This document shows, one piece after another, positions 10,179 through 19,591 of a stretch of 64,000 nucleotides of DNA (position 1 is the first letter of the stretch; each line of letters opens with the position of its first letter). Below the pieces are notes generated by a model. The model was not told where the DNA came from. It worked only from the letters and a program-made list of their open reading frames with translations, and did no database searches. The stretch is from contig MHOA01000001.1 of NCBI GenBank assembly GCA_001821765.1, positions 1,580-65,579 on the forward strand, written 5' to 3'. The position numbers and the translations under genes are program-made. This DNA is from Candidatus Ryanbacteria bacterium RIFCSPLOWO2_12_FULL_44_26. Its GTDB lineage: Bacteria; Patescibacteriota; Minisyncoccia; Ryanbacterales; HO2-45-13.

Positions 10179-10691
10179 ATGCAAAAACAATCAGGATTTA
10201 CGTTGATTGAGCTTTTAATAGTAATTTCATTAATCGTTTTGCTCGCGTCAGTAGTATTCGTGGCGCTGAATCCTTTACAGCGCTTTCAGGACGCAAGAAA
10301 TGCCACGCGCATCACTGATGTAACATCAGTCGTGACCGCCCTTAAAGTGGATCAGGTTGATAACGGAGGAGCGTATCTTACAACAGTTGGCGTTTTAACC
10401 CCGGGAAGTACCTATATGATTTATGACAGCGTAGCTGGATCGGATTGTGCCGTAGCAATTCCGGCAGATTGCAACGTAAATTGTGCGGCTGTGACAAGCA
10501 CCACCCATAGTGTGGATTTAAGAGGACTGGTCACCGAGGGGTATCTGGGCAAAATGCCGATAAGTCCGAATGCGGTAGGAAGTTGGTCCGCCTCAAGAAC
10601 GGGATATGCCTTGACGTTAAACGCGAACAATTCCGTTTCAGTTGAAGCATGTGATGCGGAGGGCGGGGCGACGATTTTAGTAACGCAATAA
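10179..10691 (+). CDS. Probable major type IV pilin
   Basis: MQKQSG|FTLIELLIVI..I..LA.VVFVALNP...FQDARNA.R; own intergenic region and terminator. Confidence 0.85.
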   Translation: MQKQSGFTLIELLIVISLIVLLASVVFVALNPLQRFQDARNATRITDVTSVVTALKVDQVDNGGAYLTTVGVLTPGSTYMIYDSVAGSDCAVAIPADCNVNCAAVTSTTHSVDLRGLVTEGYLGKMPISPNAVGSWSASRTGYALTLNANNSVSVEACDAEGGATILVTQ

Positions 10692-10710
10692 TTCTTAGTA
10701 TAAAATTTTA

Positions 10711-10745
10711 AACAAACCCTGCATGTATGTGGGGTTTGTTTTTAT
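10711..10745 (+). terminator. Intrinsic terminator after the pilin gene
   Basis: AACAAACCCTGCAT..ATGTGGGGTTTGTT followed by T-run. Confidence 0.75.
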
Positions 10746-10968
10746 AAAAAACTGTTTTTGTGAAAGGGTTGCGGTTGCTGGTGAATAGAAGGTTGTTTGT
10801 GACATCTGTCCAACGATGAGAGATAAAACATTTTACATGTGGGAGACAAGTTTATGCGCGAATATAAAAAAGTTTCCCCTATTATCCACCGTAATAAAAA
10901 AGCCCTGTCAGGCCCTTTGGATGGATTTTTGCTCAAACAGGGTATCAACGGCCCATGCGATTTGTTGC

Positions 10969-10997
10969 TTGCCGTTTCGGTGTCTTTGTTCTACAAT
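10969..10997 (+). promoter_or_regulatory. Sigma70-type promoter
   Basis: TTGCCG-N17-TACAAT, followed by AAAGGAG SD and ATG at 11020. Confidence 0.65.
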
Positions 10998-11019
10998 ATA
11001 TCCAGAAAGGAGAAAAACC

Positions 11020-11223
11020 ATGCAACAGCGGGCATGTTTTGTGTGCGGAACTCCTATAAATAGCTGTTTTGGTTATGTGCTTGCCGGTGATTTCATTCAA
11101 GCACTGAATGGTCTGCTGGAATGGACAAAAGTTCGGGAGTTATGTGGGAAGTGTGTGGAAAAATATGAGTGGGAAAAAAGCGCAGGAAATATGAAAGGGA
11201 AAAAAGTGCAGGAGAAAGGATAG
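11020..11223 (+). CDS. Small putative zinc-binding protein (67 aa)
   Basis: CFVCG ... CGKC pairs; promoter, SD and terminator all present. Confidence 0.7.
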   Translation: MQQRACFVCGTPINSCFGYVLAGDFIQALNGLLEWTKVRELCGKCVEKYEWEKSAGNMKGKKVQEKG

Positions 11224-11252
11224 GTCATCTGTAAAAAAGATGACCTGTTTTT
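11222..11252 (+). terminator. Intrinsic terminator
   Basis: AGGTCATCT-loop-AGATGACCT followed by GTTTTT. Confidence 0.75.
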
Positions 11253-11398
11253 ATATAAACCGTAAACCGAACTTTCTCTGTTAAAAAAAGGATCTCATTA
11301 AAATTTGTACACTTTCCTACGATCATAGTTTTTTGTGCAGATTTTTTAGCTGCACTTATATTCACCGGATGGTTTCGGCTTTTATACCAGACGTTTAC

Positions 11399-11611
11399 CT
11401 ATCCCTCTTTATTGTCTTCGTGCCAGTTTTTATGCCGTTCGCAACACCATGGATGCCAGCAACGTCCGCGCTTTTTTCCAAACAGCAGTGAAATTCCAAA
11501 AGCTATTAGAGCAATTGGCCAGAAAAAATCCCAGAAATCGCCAGGCATATATCCCAACGCCTGCAAAAGCCACAGAGCACCTATAATGATAAATAACAAT
11601 CCAGCAAACAT
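11399..11611 (-). CDS. Small membrane protein (DUF5668/LiaF-TM-like)
   Basis: GLLFIIIGALWLLQALG...FW..FWPIALIAFGISLL. Confidence 0.75.
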   Translation of the reverse strand: MFAGLLFIIIGALWLLQALGYMPGDFWDFFWPIALIAFGISLLFGKKRGRCWHPWCCERHKNWHEDNKEG

Positions 11612-11776
11612 TATACTTATTGTATGTTCTTTTAATGGTTTTCGTCAACAAAAAGCGTGTAAGCTGTGTTGGTTATTCCATTATGCGGACAACTTTGATT
11701 GCGCGCTCGTTTCGTGATATAAGGGCAATGGAGTAATGTCTTTTGATGAAGAGAAAAACATGGAAGGAAAAAATCA

Positions 11777-12055
11777 ATGGAAATGATTCTTTCAGTGCCG
11801 ACAGAAAAGATTGAGCCGAGATATCCTGTCGAGGAACTCCCTACGCACTTTAATAAGAAGGTTGACTTGCCGTTTGTTCCGCATATTGGAGTGGAGTTTA
11901 TTTTAAGCTCCGGATATATCAAGGAAGTTGAGGGTATAGTGACCAAGCTGGAGTACTGGCTTGAAAGCGATGAACTGTATGTAACGATTGATGTGAATAA
12001 AGATAACTTTGAACCTTGTTACTTCTGGGAGACTGGTTGGAAGGATGTTGGTTAG
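11777..12055 (+). CDS. Hypothetical protein
   Basis: TTGATT-N17-TATAAG upstream, GGAAGG SD, terminator AGCCCG...CGGGCTTTTTT at about 12068-12106. Confidence 0.65.
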   Translation: MEMILSVPTEKIEPRYPVEELPTHFNKKVDLPFVPHIGVEFILSSGYIKEVEGIVTKLEYWLESDELYVTIDVNKDNFEPCYFWETGWKDVG

Positions 12056-12347
12056 TACTTTCTCTCCAGCCCGTTTACTGGTTATAAGACTGGGGCGGGC
12101 TTTTTTATATATCATTACTCTTGTTTTTTGTTTTAAACCATAAATATATTGACAAATTCAACATAAAATTGATCAAAGAGCTGATCCCGTTAGCAATTCA
12201 TTTATGACTTTCTTTTCGTGATGTCTGCAAGGGAAACCGACTCCGTTTCCGTTTATTTCCATAGATACATAATAATAGTGGATTTTTTGCGGTTGACATC
12301 CTCGCCGTTCTCGTGTATAAAGGAGTGGAACTTTTAAGGAGAAGGCA

Positions 12348-12665
12348 ATGAGAGGAAAAGACAATGCGCTTTTGGAAGCGCTTGTGGCCAAGCACGGTCC
12401 GGATTCTGTTTTCGGCAAGATGCTTTTAGAGGAAAGAGAAGTGGATAGAAGAATGTCAAAGTGGCACCGATCACCTCAATGCTTCATCCCGTGGATTTTA
12501 TGTGGAATGACTTTCGTAGTGGCCCTGTTTCTTCTTTCATTTTTCGTGAGTACCGCAATACTTATCTTCATCGGTAACTTTCTTGCCATGGCATGGTTGT
12601 TGCAGCGAGAGGACGATATGTTCCAAAAAGCCTCAAAGGAGGTTTCCAGGGCACAACTTCACTGA
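12348..12665 (+). CDS. Hypothetical membrane protein (2 TM)
   Basis: TTGACA-N17-TATAAA promoter at about 12293-12321, AAGGAG SD, hydrophobic core. Confidence 0.7.
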   Translation: MRGKDNALLEALVAKHGPDSVFGKMLLEEREVDRRMSKWHRSPQCFIPWILCGMTFVVALFLLSFFVSTAILIFIGNFLAMAWLLQREDDMFQKASKEVSRAQLH

Positions 12666-12794
12666 ACGAGAGCCGATTTCAGTAAAAGTCCTAAGCACGA
12701 CTATAAAAGGCTTTTATATATTTGACCGTCACCTTTTTGGCAAACAAAAAGCGAGGGGTTGACTCGCTTTTTGTACTGTGATACGCTTGTTTCA

Positions 12795-13064
12795 GCGGTG
12801 GTGGTTCTGTGCCAAGAGACGGCGTTCGGAGGGGAACCCTCTCTCCCCACTTCCCTACGGGGAAACCCGTATTCCCCTCGGAGGTCTTTCTTTTTTGGCA
12901 CGGGGCCACCACCCACCAGCTCTCTGACGATTGAGAGTTTTGTGACAGGCGTGTCTCCTTTAAAGGACACATTGCCCGAAATGTCGAGGCCTGTTGCCTT
13001 GCCCTTGGTAATGTTTCTTAAAAAAGCGTGAAAACGCGGAAACCTCTTACCAAGGGCTTTTTTA
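12795..13064 (+). ncRNA. Unassigned structured ncRNA (about 270 nt)
   Basis: TTGACT-N17-TACGCT promoter (12759-12787); 23-bp stem 12797-12819/12891-12913 with G-U pairs; GAAA tetraloops; terminator GCCCTTGGTAA/TTACCAAGGGC plus T-run. Confidence 0.7.
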
Positions 13065-13344
13065 TTTAATGTTTCCCTCATGCTTGTGTAAGATGAGCAT
13101 AGAACATTTGATTAAAATCAAAGAAGATACAAACCCAAAAGGTAAAGAACAAACAGCGCTAGAGAAAGTAAGAAAAAAATTTCCTGCTGTTGTTGAATTA
13201 GAACTTTACCGAATTACAGATGGACGGATTAGTTTTTTACCTTAAACTCTTTATATATCAAGGAATATAATATCTTTATCAAATTTATCCACAGAAATTT
13301 CTTGACATTTTTTCATATTTATTATCCTATGTAATATAATAAAA

Positions 13345-13421
13345 GTGTCCTAGAATTAGGATGCCCAAGTGGGCTTAAGAGCCCCCCGTGAGCGTTAAGC
13401 GGTCGCGGGGGGCATTTTTTT
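13345..13421 (+). ncRNA. Possible short sRNA or leader ending in a strong terminator
   Basis: TTGACA at about 13302; three consecutive hairpins, the last GCCCCCCG..CGGGGGGC followed by ATTTTTTT. Confidence 0.35.
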
Positions 13422-13550
13422 AAATTAAAAATCCCCAACACTTTTGTTGCCAGAAACATACTTGACGGCATTTGGAGTTTTAAATATAAAAGAGCCGCTT
13501 TCATGATCTTGCATGCAAGCGGCTCCAACCTTGGCTTTAAACGCCCTCTT

Positions 13551-14708
13551 TTAATCAAGGTGCATTGACAGTTTTGCTTTTCCTCTCTTGACCCGCCGTT
13601 TATGTTTTTCAAACGGCATGTCTCTTCTGTGTCTTTCCCTGTATTTCTTGTACTTGAATTGGATGTTCAGCGACAACTGTTCGCTTTGTGGTTCAGTTCT
13701 GTGTCGTGAAAGAAATTCGGAAACAACGTGTTCCCTAAAGGCGTCGGTGTCAGCATTTTGCGGCTGGCGAAAAGGGCATATTTGTTCAAACTTGCACGAT
13801 GAACAGTAAGGGCCGGGCCTTGGAACAAAGTGCCCTCTCTCCACGTCTTCCGGGTTTAGAAACCGAAACGGCAGTTCTCTCGCGCGCGGCGAATCTGGCG
13901 CGAGAATGTTTTGGACTTTGGCTCTGGCTTCGTCAAAAAGACATTCCAGGTTGTAGAAGTGGTATTTATTTCTCAGGGGCACTTCCACGATTTCTTGTCT
14001 GGCAAGCAGCAGCGCTCGCATTTTTTCCGGCACGATGCCAAATTTGTGCCAGAGGGCATATTGGATAACGGTAAACTGGAGGTCACGCACCGCTTTTTCT
14101 TCTGGAAAGGAGGCCATACCGGTTTTATAGTCGTCAACGATAAAACCGCCATGTTCGATCGGCTGTTTCCTGTCGATAATACACACCAGACGTATGCCTG
14201 TTGGGGTCTCAATTCTCACTTCTTCTTCAACGGTCGGGGCAAGAGGATGTGGCGGCAGAAGGTAACGATTCTCATCCCAGAATCTGGAAAGGATATGGTG
14301 TCCGCGGCCGAAATGTACTCCGGGCTCTTTTCCATTCCGTCCCTCGGGCATTCTCCAGCGTATCGGATCTTTTCCATCAGGCGATATCGGGTATTGGTAT
14401 GTAAGAATGCTTCCAAACCATTCACCTCTCCATTTTTTCAGAAAATCTTCTTTGCTCTTGCATGGTTTTGTAAAAAACAGCTCCAGTCTTTTATGAATGG
14501 CTCTTCCGGCTATCAGTTCAATGGGCTCCGGAACGGGCGGGTCGGGTGGGTCTATATACTCTAAGCGAAACTGTTCTCCGCACGGCTCCAATCTTCCAAG
14601 TTTCGTTACACTCCATTCTTCCCACATCCTTTTTTTCTGTGCAGGTGTTCGAAGCCGCCACGGCGTCTTCGGTCTAACCTTTTTCGGATCGGCGTTTTTA
14701 ATAGTCAT
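13551..14708 (-). CDS. PD-(D/E)XK nuclease, RecB/AddB/Cas4-like
   Basis: WSVTKL..LE.C..QF, G.AIH..LE, E...IIDR...DDYKTG, Q...Y, C-terminal CSSCKFEQIC. Confidence 0.85.
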   Translation of the reverse strand: MTIKNADPKKVRPKTPWRLRTPAQKKRMWEEWSVTKLGRLEPCGEQFRLEYIDPPDPPVPEPIELIAGRAIHKRLELFFTKPCKSKEDFLKKWRGEWFGSILTYQYPISPDGKDPIRWRMPEGRNGKEPGVHFGRGHHILSRFWDENRYLLPPHPLAPTVEEEVRIETPTGIRLVCIIDRKQPIEHGGFIVDDYKTGMASFPEEKAVRDLQFTVIQYALWHKFGIVPEKMRALLLARQEIVEVPLRNKYHFYNLECLFDEARAKVQNILAPDSPRARELPFRFLNPEDVERGHFVPRPGPYCSSCKFEQICPFRQPQNADTDAFREHVVSEFLSRHRTEPQSEQLSLNIQFKYKKYRERHRRDMPFEKHKRRVKRGKAKLSMHLD

Positions 14709-14794
14709 GTTTCCGTCCTTTTAATTTGAAGGTTCGTCCTTTTAGAGAGTACGAAAAATAACCACGATATGCAAATAAAAACACCTCTGATATT

Positions 14795-15145
14795 TCACAG
14801 AGGTGATGTTTCAGCCAAGAAGGCATGTGTGTCAACTCTTTCAAGGGAACACAATATATCGTTTCCCATGACGCAGATACTGTTTTTAAGGGACTTTTTC
14901 TTTGCCAATGAGCATGTCTCGAGCCGTCCGTTTAATCGCGCCTCAAGCGTGTCAAGGTTGATAATAACCCCGTTCCGTTCCAGCGCTTTGTCGATCCCAA
15001 ACACGATCTCCTTATAATTTCTATACTTCTGTATATGTGTAAAACATATGTGTTCAAAGCAATCATATGGAAGTCGGTGTTGGTGTAGAATTCTTTCTAT
15101 GTCGTTTTGTATCCTTTCAAGAACGCGTTTGGAGGGTGTTTTCAT
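14795..15145 (-). CDS. Hypothetical protein
   Basis: AAGGGGG SD before ATG 15145; TTGACA upstream; hairpin CACCTCTG/CAGAGGTG at the 3' end. Confidence 0.6.
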   Translation of the reverse strand: MKTPSKRVLERIQNDIERILHQHRLPYDCFEHICFTHIQKYRNYKEIVFGIDKALERNGVIINLDTLEARLNGRLETCSLAKKKSLKNSICVMGNDILCSLERVDTHAFLAETSPL

Positions 15146-15243
15146 TGCTATTTCCCCCTTTCTTTTTATACGATAAAGCAAACAGGCCAACTGTCAATAG
15201 CACCGGGTAAAGTGCCAGCAGTGTTTGTGCATCGCCCCATCAG

Positions 15244-15272
15244 TTGACACATTAGTATAAATAATGTATAAT
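15244..15272 (+). promoter_or_regulatory. Consensus sigma70 promoter, probably giving a leaderless mRNA
   Basis: TTGACA-N17-TATAAT with extended TG; ATG 7 nt after the -10 box. Confidence 0.8.
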
Positions 15273-15279
15273 TCCCGCT

Positions 15280-16995
15280 ATGCGTATCATACGATTACAT
15301 GGCTATATTCCGCTTTTATCGTTTGCTTTTTTGTGCATTTATAGTGTCTTCGACTTTGCATATGCCGCAAAAGCGGCTGATGAGCCGGCGGCTCTTACCA
15401 GACACGCGCTTTCGGTGGAAGAGAGATCTGCTGTCTTAAACGGGCTTGTTTTTCCAGGCGATGATTTAACGACATCAGCGTGGTTTGAATGGGGTAAAAC
15501 TGAAACCCTCGGGAGCACAACAGGCCGTCAATCATTTAAAGGAATAGCGGAGGTATCTGATAAGATCACTGGTTTAGATCGCGGTGTCACTTATTTTTTT
15601 AGGCTTATCGCGAGTAATAGTAATGGCACTGACAAAGGCACTATCTTTAAATTTAAAACCAGTATGGAAAGTTCACTGAATGACGAGAATGATGATGAAG
15701 ACAACGGAAGAGTCAGTGATGATGTAACTTCAGCGTTTTTACGTCCTGTCGTTCAAACGCGTTCAAGTGACCATATTTCGGAAACAAGTGTAGTGCTTCA
15801 CGGTCACGCAAAAAGCGGTCTGGAAGATGAAAAGACGACTGTATGGTTTCAATGGGGAGCACGGCCTGCACTCGGTAAAACAACCCCGCCGCAGACGTTT
15901 ACCGGAGACGTGTTTGATTTTAGTGTTCCGTTGCTGGAACTGAAACCGAACATCCAGTATTATTACCGCGCGGTTGCAGAAAATGAAGAGGGGATTTCGC
16001 TCGGGCAGGTTCTTACGTTTGTTACGGCATCTCCGCCAGTGCAGACTGCGGGCGATGCTGATTTTTTAACGGTAGCCACTAAAGGCGCTGAAAATATCAC
16101 AGAGCATAGTGTAACCCTTCAAGGGCTTGCGCTTCTTAGATCATCAAAGGCTGTTGGATGGTTTGAATGGGGAGAAACTACTGAGATGAAAAATAAAGCT
16201 CCAAAGACGCCGCTTGAAAAAATAAACACCGTCAATTCATTTTACTCATCTATATCAGGTTTACAGCCGGATACCACTTATTTCTATCGTGCCTTAGCAG
16301 ATGATGGTTTTGGCGTTAAAAAGGGAAGCCTTCTCAGTTTCAGAAGTAAACTAAAAACAATGGCACCGCCTGTTGGTCAGAAAATTCTTCCATCACCCCA
16401 AGCACAGGGCGTTGGAGGCACTGGAGGCACACTGACCATAGAATCAGACAGCAAAGAGATTCAAAAGGGAGATGCCGTACGCTACACGGTGAGGTACCAC
16501 AATAACGGCGATATGAACTTTTCAGAAGCTTCGATAAAAATTATTTTTCCCGCGGTTATTGCCTATAAAGGCAGTGATATTCAGAATGTAAGCGTGACAA
16601 ACGGAGATGTGGTAGTTTCCATTGGAACAGTTAAGGCAAATGACAGCGGGACATTTACAATTCATACTGATGTGCAGGGCGCTGTGTCTCATAAGGGCAG
16701 TTTAACCGTTGTCGCCGTTTTAAGTTTTACACATCCGCTGGTTGATGAAAAAGTGCACATACCAAGCTTTACCTCGCATGAAGTAAAGGCGGATTTGAAC
16801 GGCGTTGCAGATGTAGCCGGTTCGGGGTTCTGGCCGTCAACCATTACAGGATGGCTGATTTTGATGCTGCTGGTGCTTCTGATTTTCGTTGCTATTGTAA
16901 AACTGTACAAACGATCAGCTAGTAGGGAAAGAAACAAGGGCAATAAAGTGATGCCGGCGCCGGGTGATGTATTTCATCCTTCCGAGAATACATAA
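15280..16995 (+). CDS. Cell-surface protein with three FN3-like repeats, a DUF11-like domain and a C-terminal TM anchor
   Basis: Signal peptide; 3x L.G.....WF.WG.T..LG.TT....GL....YYYR..A.N..G...G..L.F.T; V.YTV.Y.NNG; C-terminal TM. Confidence 0.8.
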   Translation: MRIIRLHGYIPLLSFAFLCIYSVFDFAYAAKAADEPAALTRHALSVEERSAVLNGLVFPGDDLTTSAWFEWGKTETLGSTTGRQSFKGIAEVSDKITGLDRGVTYFFRLIASNSNGTDKGTIFKFKTSMESSLNDENDDEDNGRVSDDVTSAFLRPVVQTRSSDHISETSVVLHGHAKSGLEDEKTTVWFQWGARPALGKTTPPQTFTGDVFDFSVPLLELKPNIQYYYRAVAENEEGISLGQVLTFVTASPPVQTAGDADFLTVATKGAENITEHSVTLQGLALLRSSKAVGWFEWGETTEMKNKAPKTPLEKINTVNSFYSSISGLQPDTTYFYRALADDGFGVKKGSLLSFRSKLKTMAPPVGQKILPSPQAQGVGGTGGTLTIESDSKEIQKGDAVRYTVRYHNNGDMNFSEASIKIIFPAVIAYKGSDIQNVSVTNGDVVVSIGTVKANDSGTFTIHTDVQGAVSHKGSLTVVAVLSFTHPLVDEKVHIPSFTSHEVKADLNGVADVAGSGFWPSTITGWLILMLLVLLIFVAIVKLYKRSASRERNKGNKVMPAPGDVFHPSENT

Positions 16996-17144
16996 ACTCT
17001 TTATAAAACAAAGAAAGTATCCTGCATGGTTTTTTTTAGCCGCCGGGCTTTTTTGTGTGCGCGATTTTTTTACGGGGATTGGACTTTGAGCGGGATTTGT
17101 TTACTATGGAGTTATTTATCAAGCGAAGCTGAATCGGCAATACA

Positions 17145-18212
17145 ATGATTGAGCAAAAAAACATAGAAAGCCCTTCTTTTTTTATTGGCCTTGACGATAA
17201 AGATATTATTTCATTTGGAAGCGGCCAGCCGGATTTAAGCCCTCCAAAGGAGGTGTATAACATTCTTCCCACATACTCTGCGTTTCGATACGGCAGGATT
17301 GAAGGTGATAAGGAACTTCGTATCGCTCTTGCAGCGCAATATCCAAAAGCCGCTGCGGAGAATTTTGTTATCACGAACGGAGCTTCTGAAGCGCTTGATT
17401 TGTGTTTTAGGGTTCTTGCCGGAATGAAAGGAAAAAAGAAAATTCTTTTGCCGAGCCCTTATTATTATTCTTATCCTTTTATAGTAAAGTTTGCGGGACT
17501 TGAGTCGCTTTATACCAAACTGAAAGCAGGTAGGATTGATATAAATGATTTTAGTGCAAAAATTAAGAAATGCGCAGCGGTGTTGATCAATTCCCCGTCA
17601 AATCCGACAGGGAGAATTGAAGCTATTGGCACGCTTAAAGAAATTGAGCGGATTACAAAACAGCTTGGTATTTATGTGATTTCGGATGAAGTATACAAGG
17701 ATCTTATTTACGAGCGGGAAAATTATCTCATTAAAGGGCCTCGTGTTATAACGGTAAACTCGTTTTCAAAAACGTTTGCGATGTGCGGTTTGCGTGTGGG
17801 GTACCTGTATTCTTTGGATGCCGACTTTATTCGCCGTGTTATTGAAATGAAGACGCATGTCTCCATGAATACAAATATTTTAGCTCAGGCAATGGCGCTT
17901 GAAGCAACCAGAGTTCCGAGAAGTTACGTCGATTCGCAGATTGCTGTTTGGAGAGAGCGCCGTGATTTTATTTATGACGGGCTCAAATCAATTGGATTAG
18001 ATCTTTGGAAACCGGAAGGCGCGTTTTACGTTTTTCCGAAGGTAAAAAACGCAAGTAAAGCGGTAAGCGATCTTTTTTACAAGCAGAAAGTCATTGTGTA
18101 CGATGGGGCGTGGTTCGGGAGTCCCGGAAGGATTCGTTTAAGCTATGCGCTTGATAAGGAAAAAATCCGGGAAGGCATTAAGCGCATAAACTCGTATCTT
18201 ACCCGGCAGTAG
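17145..18212 (+). CDS. PLP-dependent class I/II aminotransferase
   Basis: INSPSNPTG, ISDEVY, NSFSKTFAMCGLRVGY. Confidence 0.92.
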   Translation: MIEQKNIESPSFFIGLDDKDIISFGSGQPDLSPPKEVYNILPTYSAFRYGRIEGDKELRIALAAQYPKAAAENFVITNGASEALDLCFRVLAGMKGKKKILLPSPYYYSYPFIVKFAGLESLYTKLKAGRIDINDFSAKIKKCAAVLINSPSNPTGRIEAIGTLKEIERITKQLGIYVISDEVYKDLIYERENYLIKGPRVITVNSFSKTFAMCGLRVGYLYSLDADFIRRVIEMKTHVSMNTNILAQAMALEATRVPRSYVDSQIAVWRERRDFIYDGLKSIGLDLWKPEGAFYVFPKVKNASKAVSDLFYKQKVIVYDGAWFGSPGRIRLSYALDKEKIREGIKRINSYLTRQ

Positions 18213-18219
18213 GTTTTGC

Positions 18220-19368
18220 ATGTTTCGATTTCGGGTTTTGAAAAAATCAAAACGAAGCAATGCGCGTGTTGGTCTATTGGAAACCAATCATGGCGCCATA
18301 GAGACGCCGTCTTTTGTTCCTGTCGCTACTCATGCGGCGGTAAAGTCGCTTGTAAGTGAACTGGTAGAGGAAACCGGGACGCAAGTTGTCATAGCAAACG
18401 CATTTCATTTACACCTAAAGCCTGGGGAAAAAACAATACGTTCATCCGGCGGGCTTCATGCATTTATGAACTGGTCAAGACCCATCATGACCGATTCAGG
18501 CGGATATCAAGTGTTCAGTCTCGGCTTTGGCAGGGACTTGCGGCTTAAAAAAGTGGCGAGGGGTAAAAATGCTCTGGCCCGTAACGATATTATTGAGCTG
18601 GGTGTCCAACCAAAATCGGTCACCATCACGCAGAAAGGCGTTTATTTCCGCTCTCCAATAAATGGGGATATGCTTTTTCTAGGACCAAGAGAATCCATCA
18701 TGATTCAGGAACGCCTTGGCGCGGATATCATGTTTGCATTTGATGAATGCACACCGCCGAATGCAAGTTATGAATATGTTGCCGTTTCAGTGGAGCGTAC
18801 TCACCGATGGGCCAAGACATCTTTAGAAACAAAAAAGAGCAGTCAAGCCCTCTTTGGCATCATGCATGGATCAACGTTTAGAGATCTTCGTGAAAAGAGC
18901 GCCGATTTTATCAATTCGCTCGGTTTTGATGGATTTGGAATCGGAGGAGATCTTGGAGCAAGCATGCGTTCAACACAGCAAATACTTAAATGGAGTTTCG
19001 ATCGAGTTGATGTCTTAAAACCGCGCCATCTTTTAGGTATCGGACATCTTACTGACATCATCCCAATAGTAAAATACGGCGTTGATTTGTTTGATTGTAC
19101 CGCTCCTACGCATTATGCGCGCCGCGGTATTGCGTTTGTCTCAAATAAAGCTCTTGATTTGAGAAAACGACGATTCCTAAAAGATCAACACTCGTTAAAC
19201 AGGTATTGTAACTGCTTTGTTTGTAAAAGCTATACAAGAAGCTACATCTCGCATCTTATAAGAGCAAATGAGATAACAGGTCTTCAGCTTCTTACGTTTC
19301 ATAATCTTTATTATTTCAATGAGTACGTTAAAAGAATTCGTGAGGATATTCGAAAAGGACGCGTGTAG
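18220..19368 (+). CDS. tgt: tRNA-guanine transglycosylase
   Basis: ETPSFVPVAT, TDSGGYQVFSL, FDEC, KPRHLLGIG, C.C..C zinc site, HNL. Confidence 0.95.
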   Translation: MFRFRVLKKSKRSNARVGLLETNHGAIETPSFVPVATHAAVKSLVSELVEETGTQVVIANAFHLHLKPGEKTIRSSGGLHAFMNWSRPIMTDSGGYQVFSLGFGRDLRLKKVARGKNALARNDIIELGVQPKSVTITQKGVYFRSPINGDMLFLGPRESIMIQERLGADIMFAFDECTPPNASYEYVAVSVERTHRWAKTSLETKKSSQALFGIMHGSTFRDLREKSADFINSLGFDGFGIGGDLGASMRSTQQILKWSFDRVDVLKPRHLLGIGHLTDIIPIVKYGVDLFDCTAPTHYARRGIAFVSNKALDLRKRRFLKDQHSLNRYCNCFVCKSYTRSYISHLIRANEITGLQLLTFHNLYYFNEYVKRIREDIRKGRV

Positions 19369-19391
19369 TGTATGGTTAACGTCAAAGATAT

Positions 19392-19591
19392 CCAAACGTC
19401 AAAAACCGCTGCTTATGTGCAACGGTTTTTGACTCGTTTCAGAGGCCGAGGAAGCAAGTCTTAGCTCTTTTAACACAATGAAAGTCTTGACATGTCCGGA
19501 GACATATCAAAAAGCTTTTTTTATGTTTGTGATAACTATTACTTGACCTAAGTGCTGTCGGCCTCTGAAAGAACTGGAAACACTCATCTAT
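19392..19591 (-). ncRNA. 6S-RNA-like long-rod ncRNA candidate
   Basis: Minus-strand TTGCAA-N16-TAGACT promoter; 13-bp perfect inverted repeat 19437-19449/19558-19570; central bubble; apical hairpin 19487-19510; terminal hairpin 19398-19433; C-A mismatches on + become G-U on -. Confidence 0.55.

Noticed and set aside
12691-13081. Three overlapping ORFs of 90-126 aa
   Set aside because: No SD or protein-like composition; better explained as by-products of a GC-rich structured RNA.
13093-13245. 50-aa ORF MSIEHLIKIKED...
   Set aside because: No SD, the ATG overlaps a possible -10 box and there is no recognisable motif; too weak to call.
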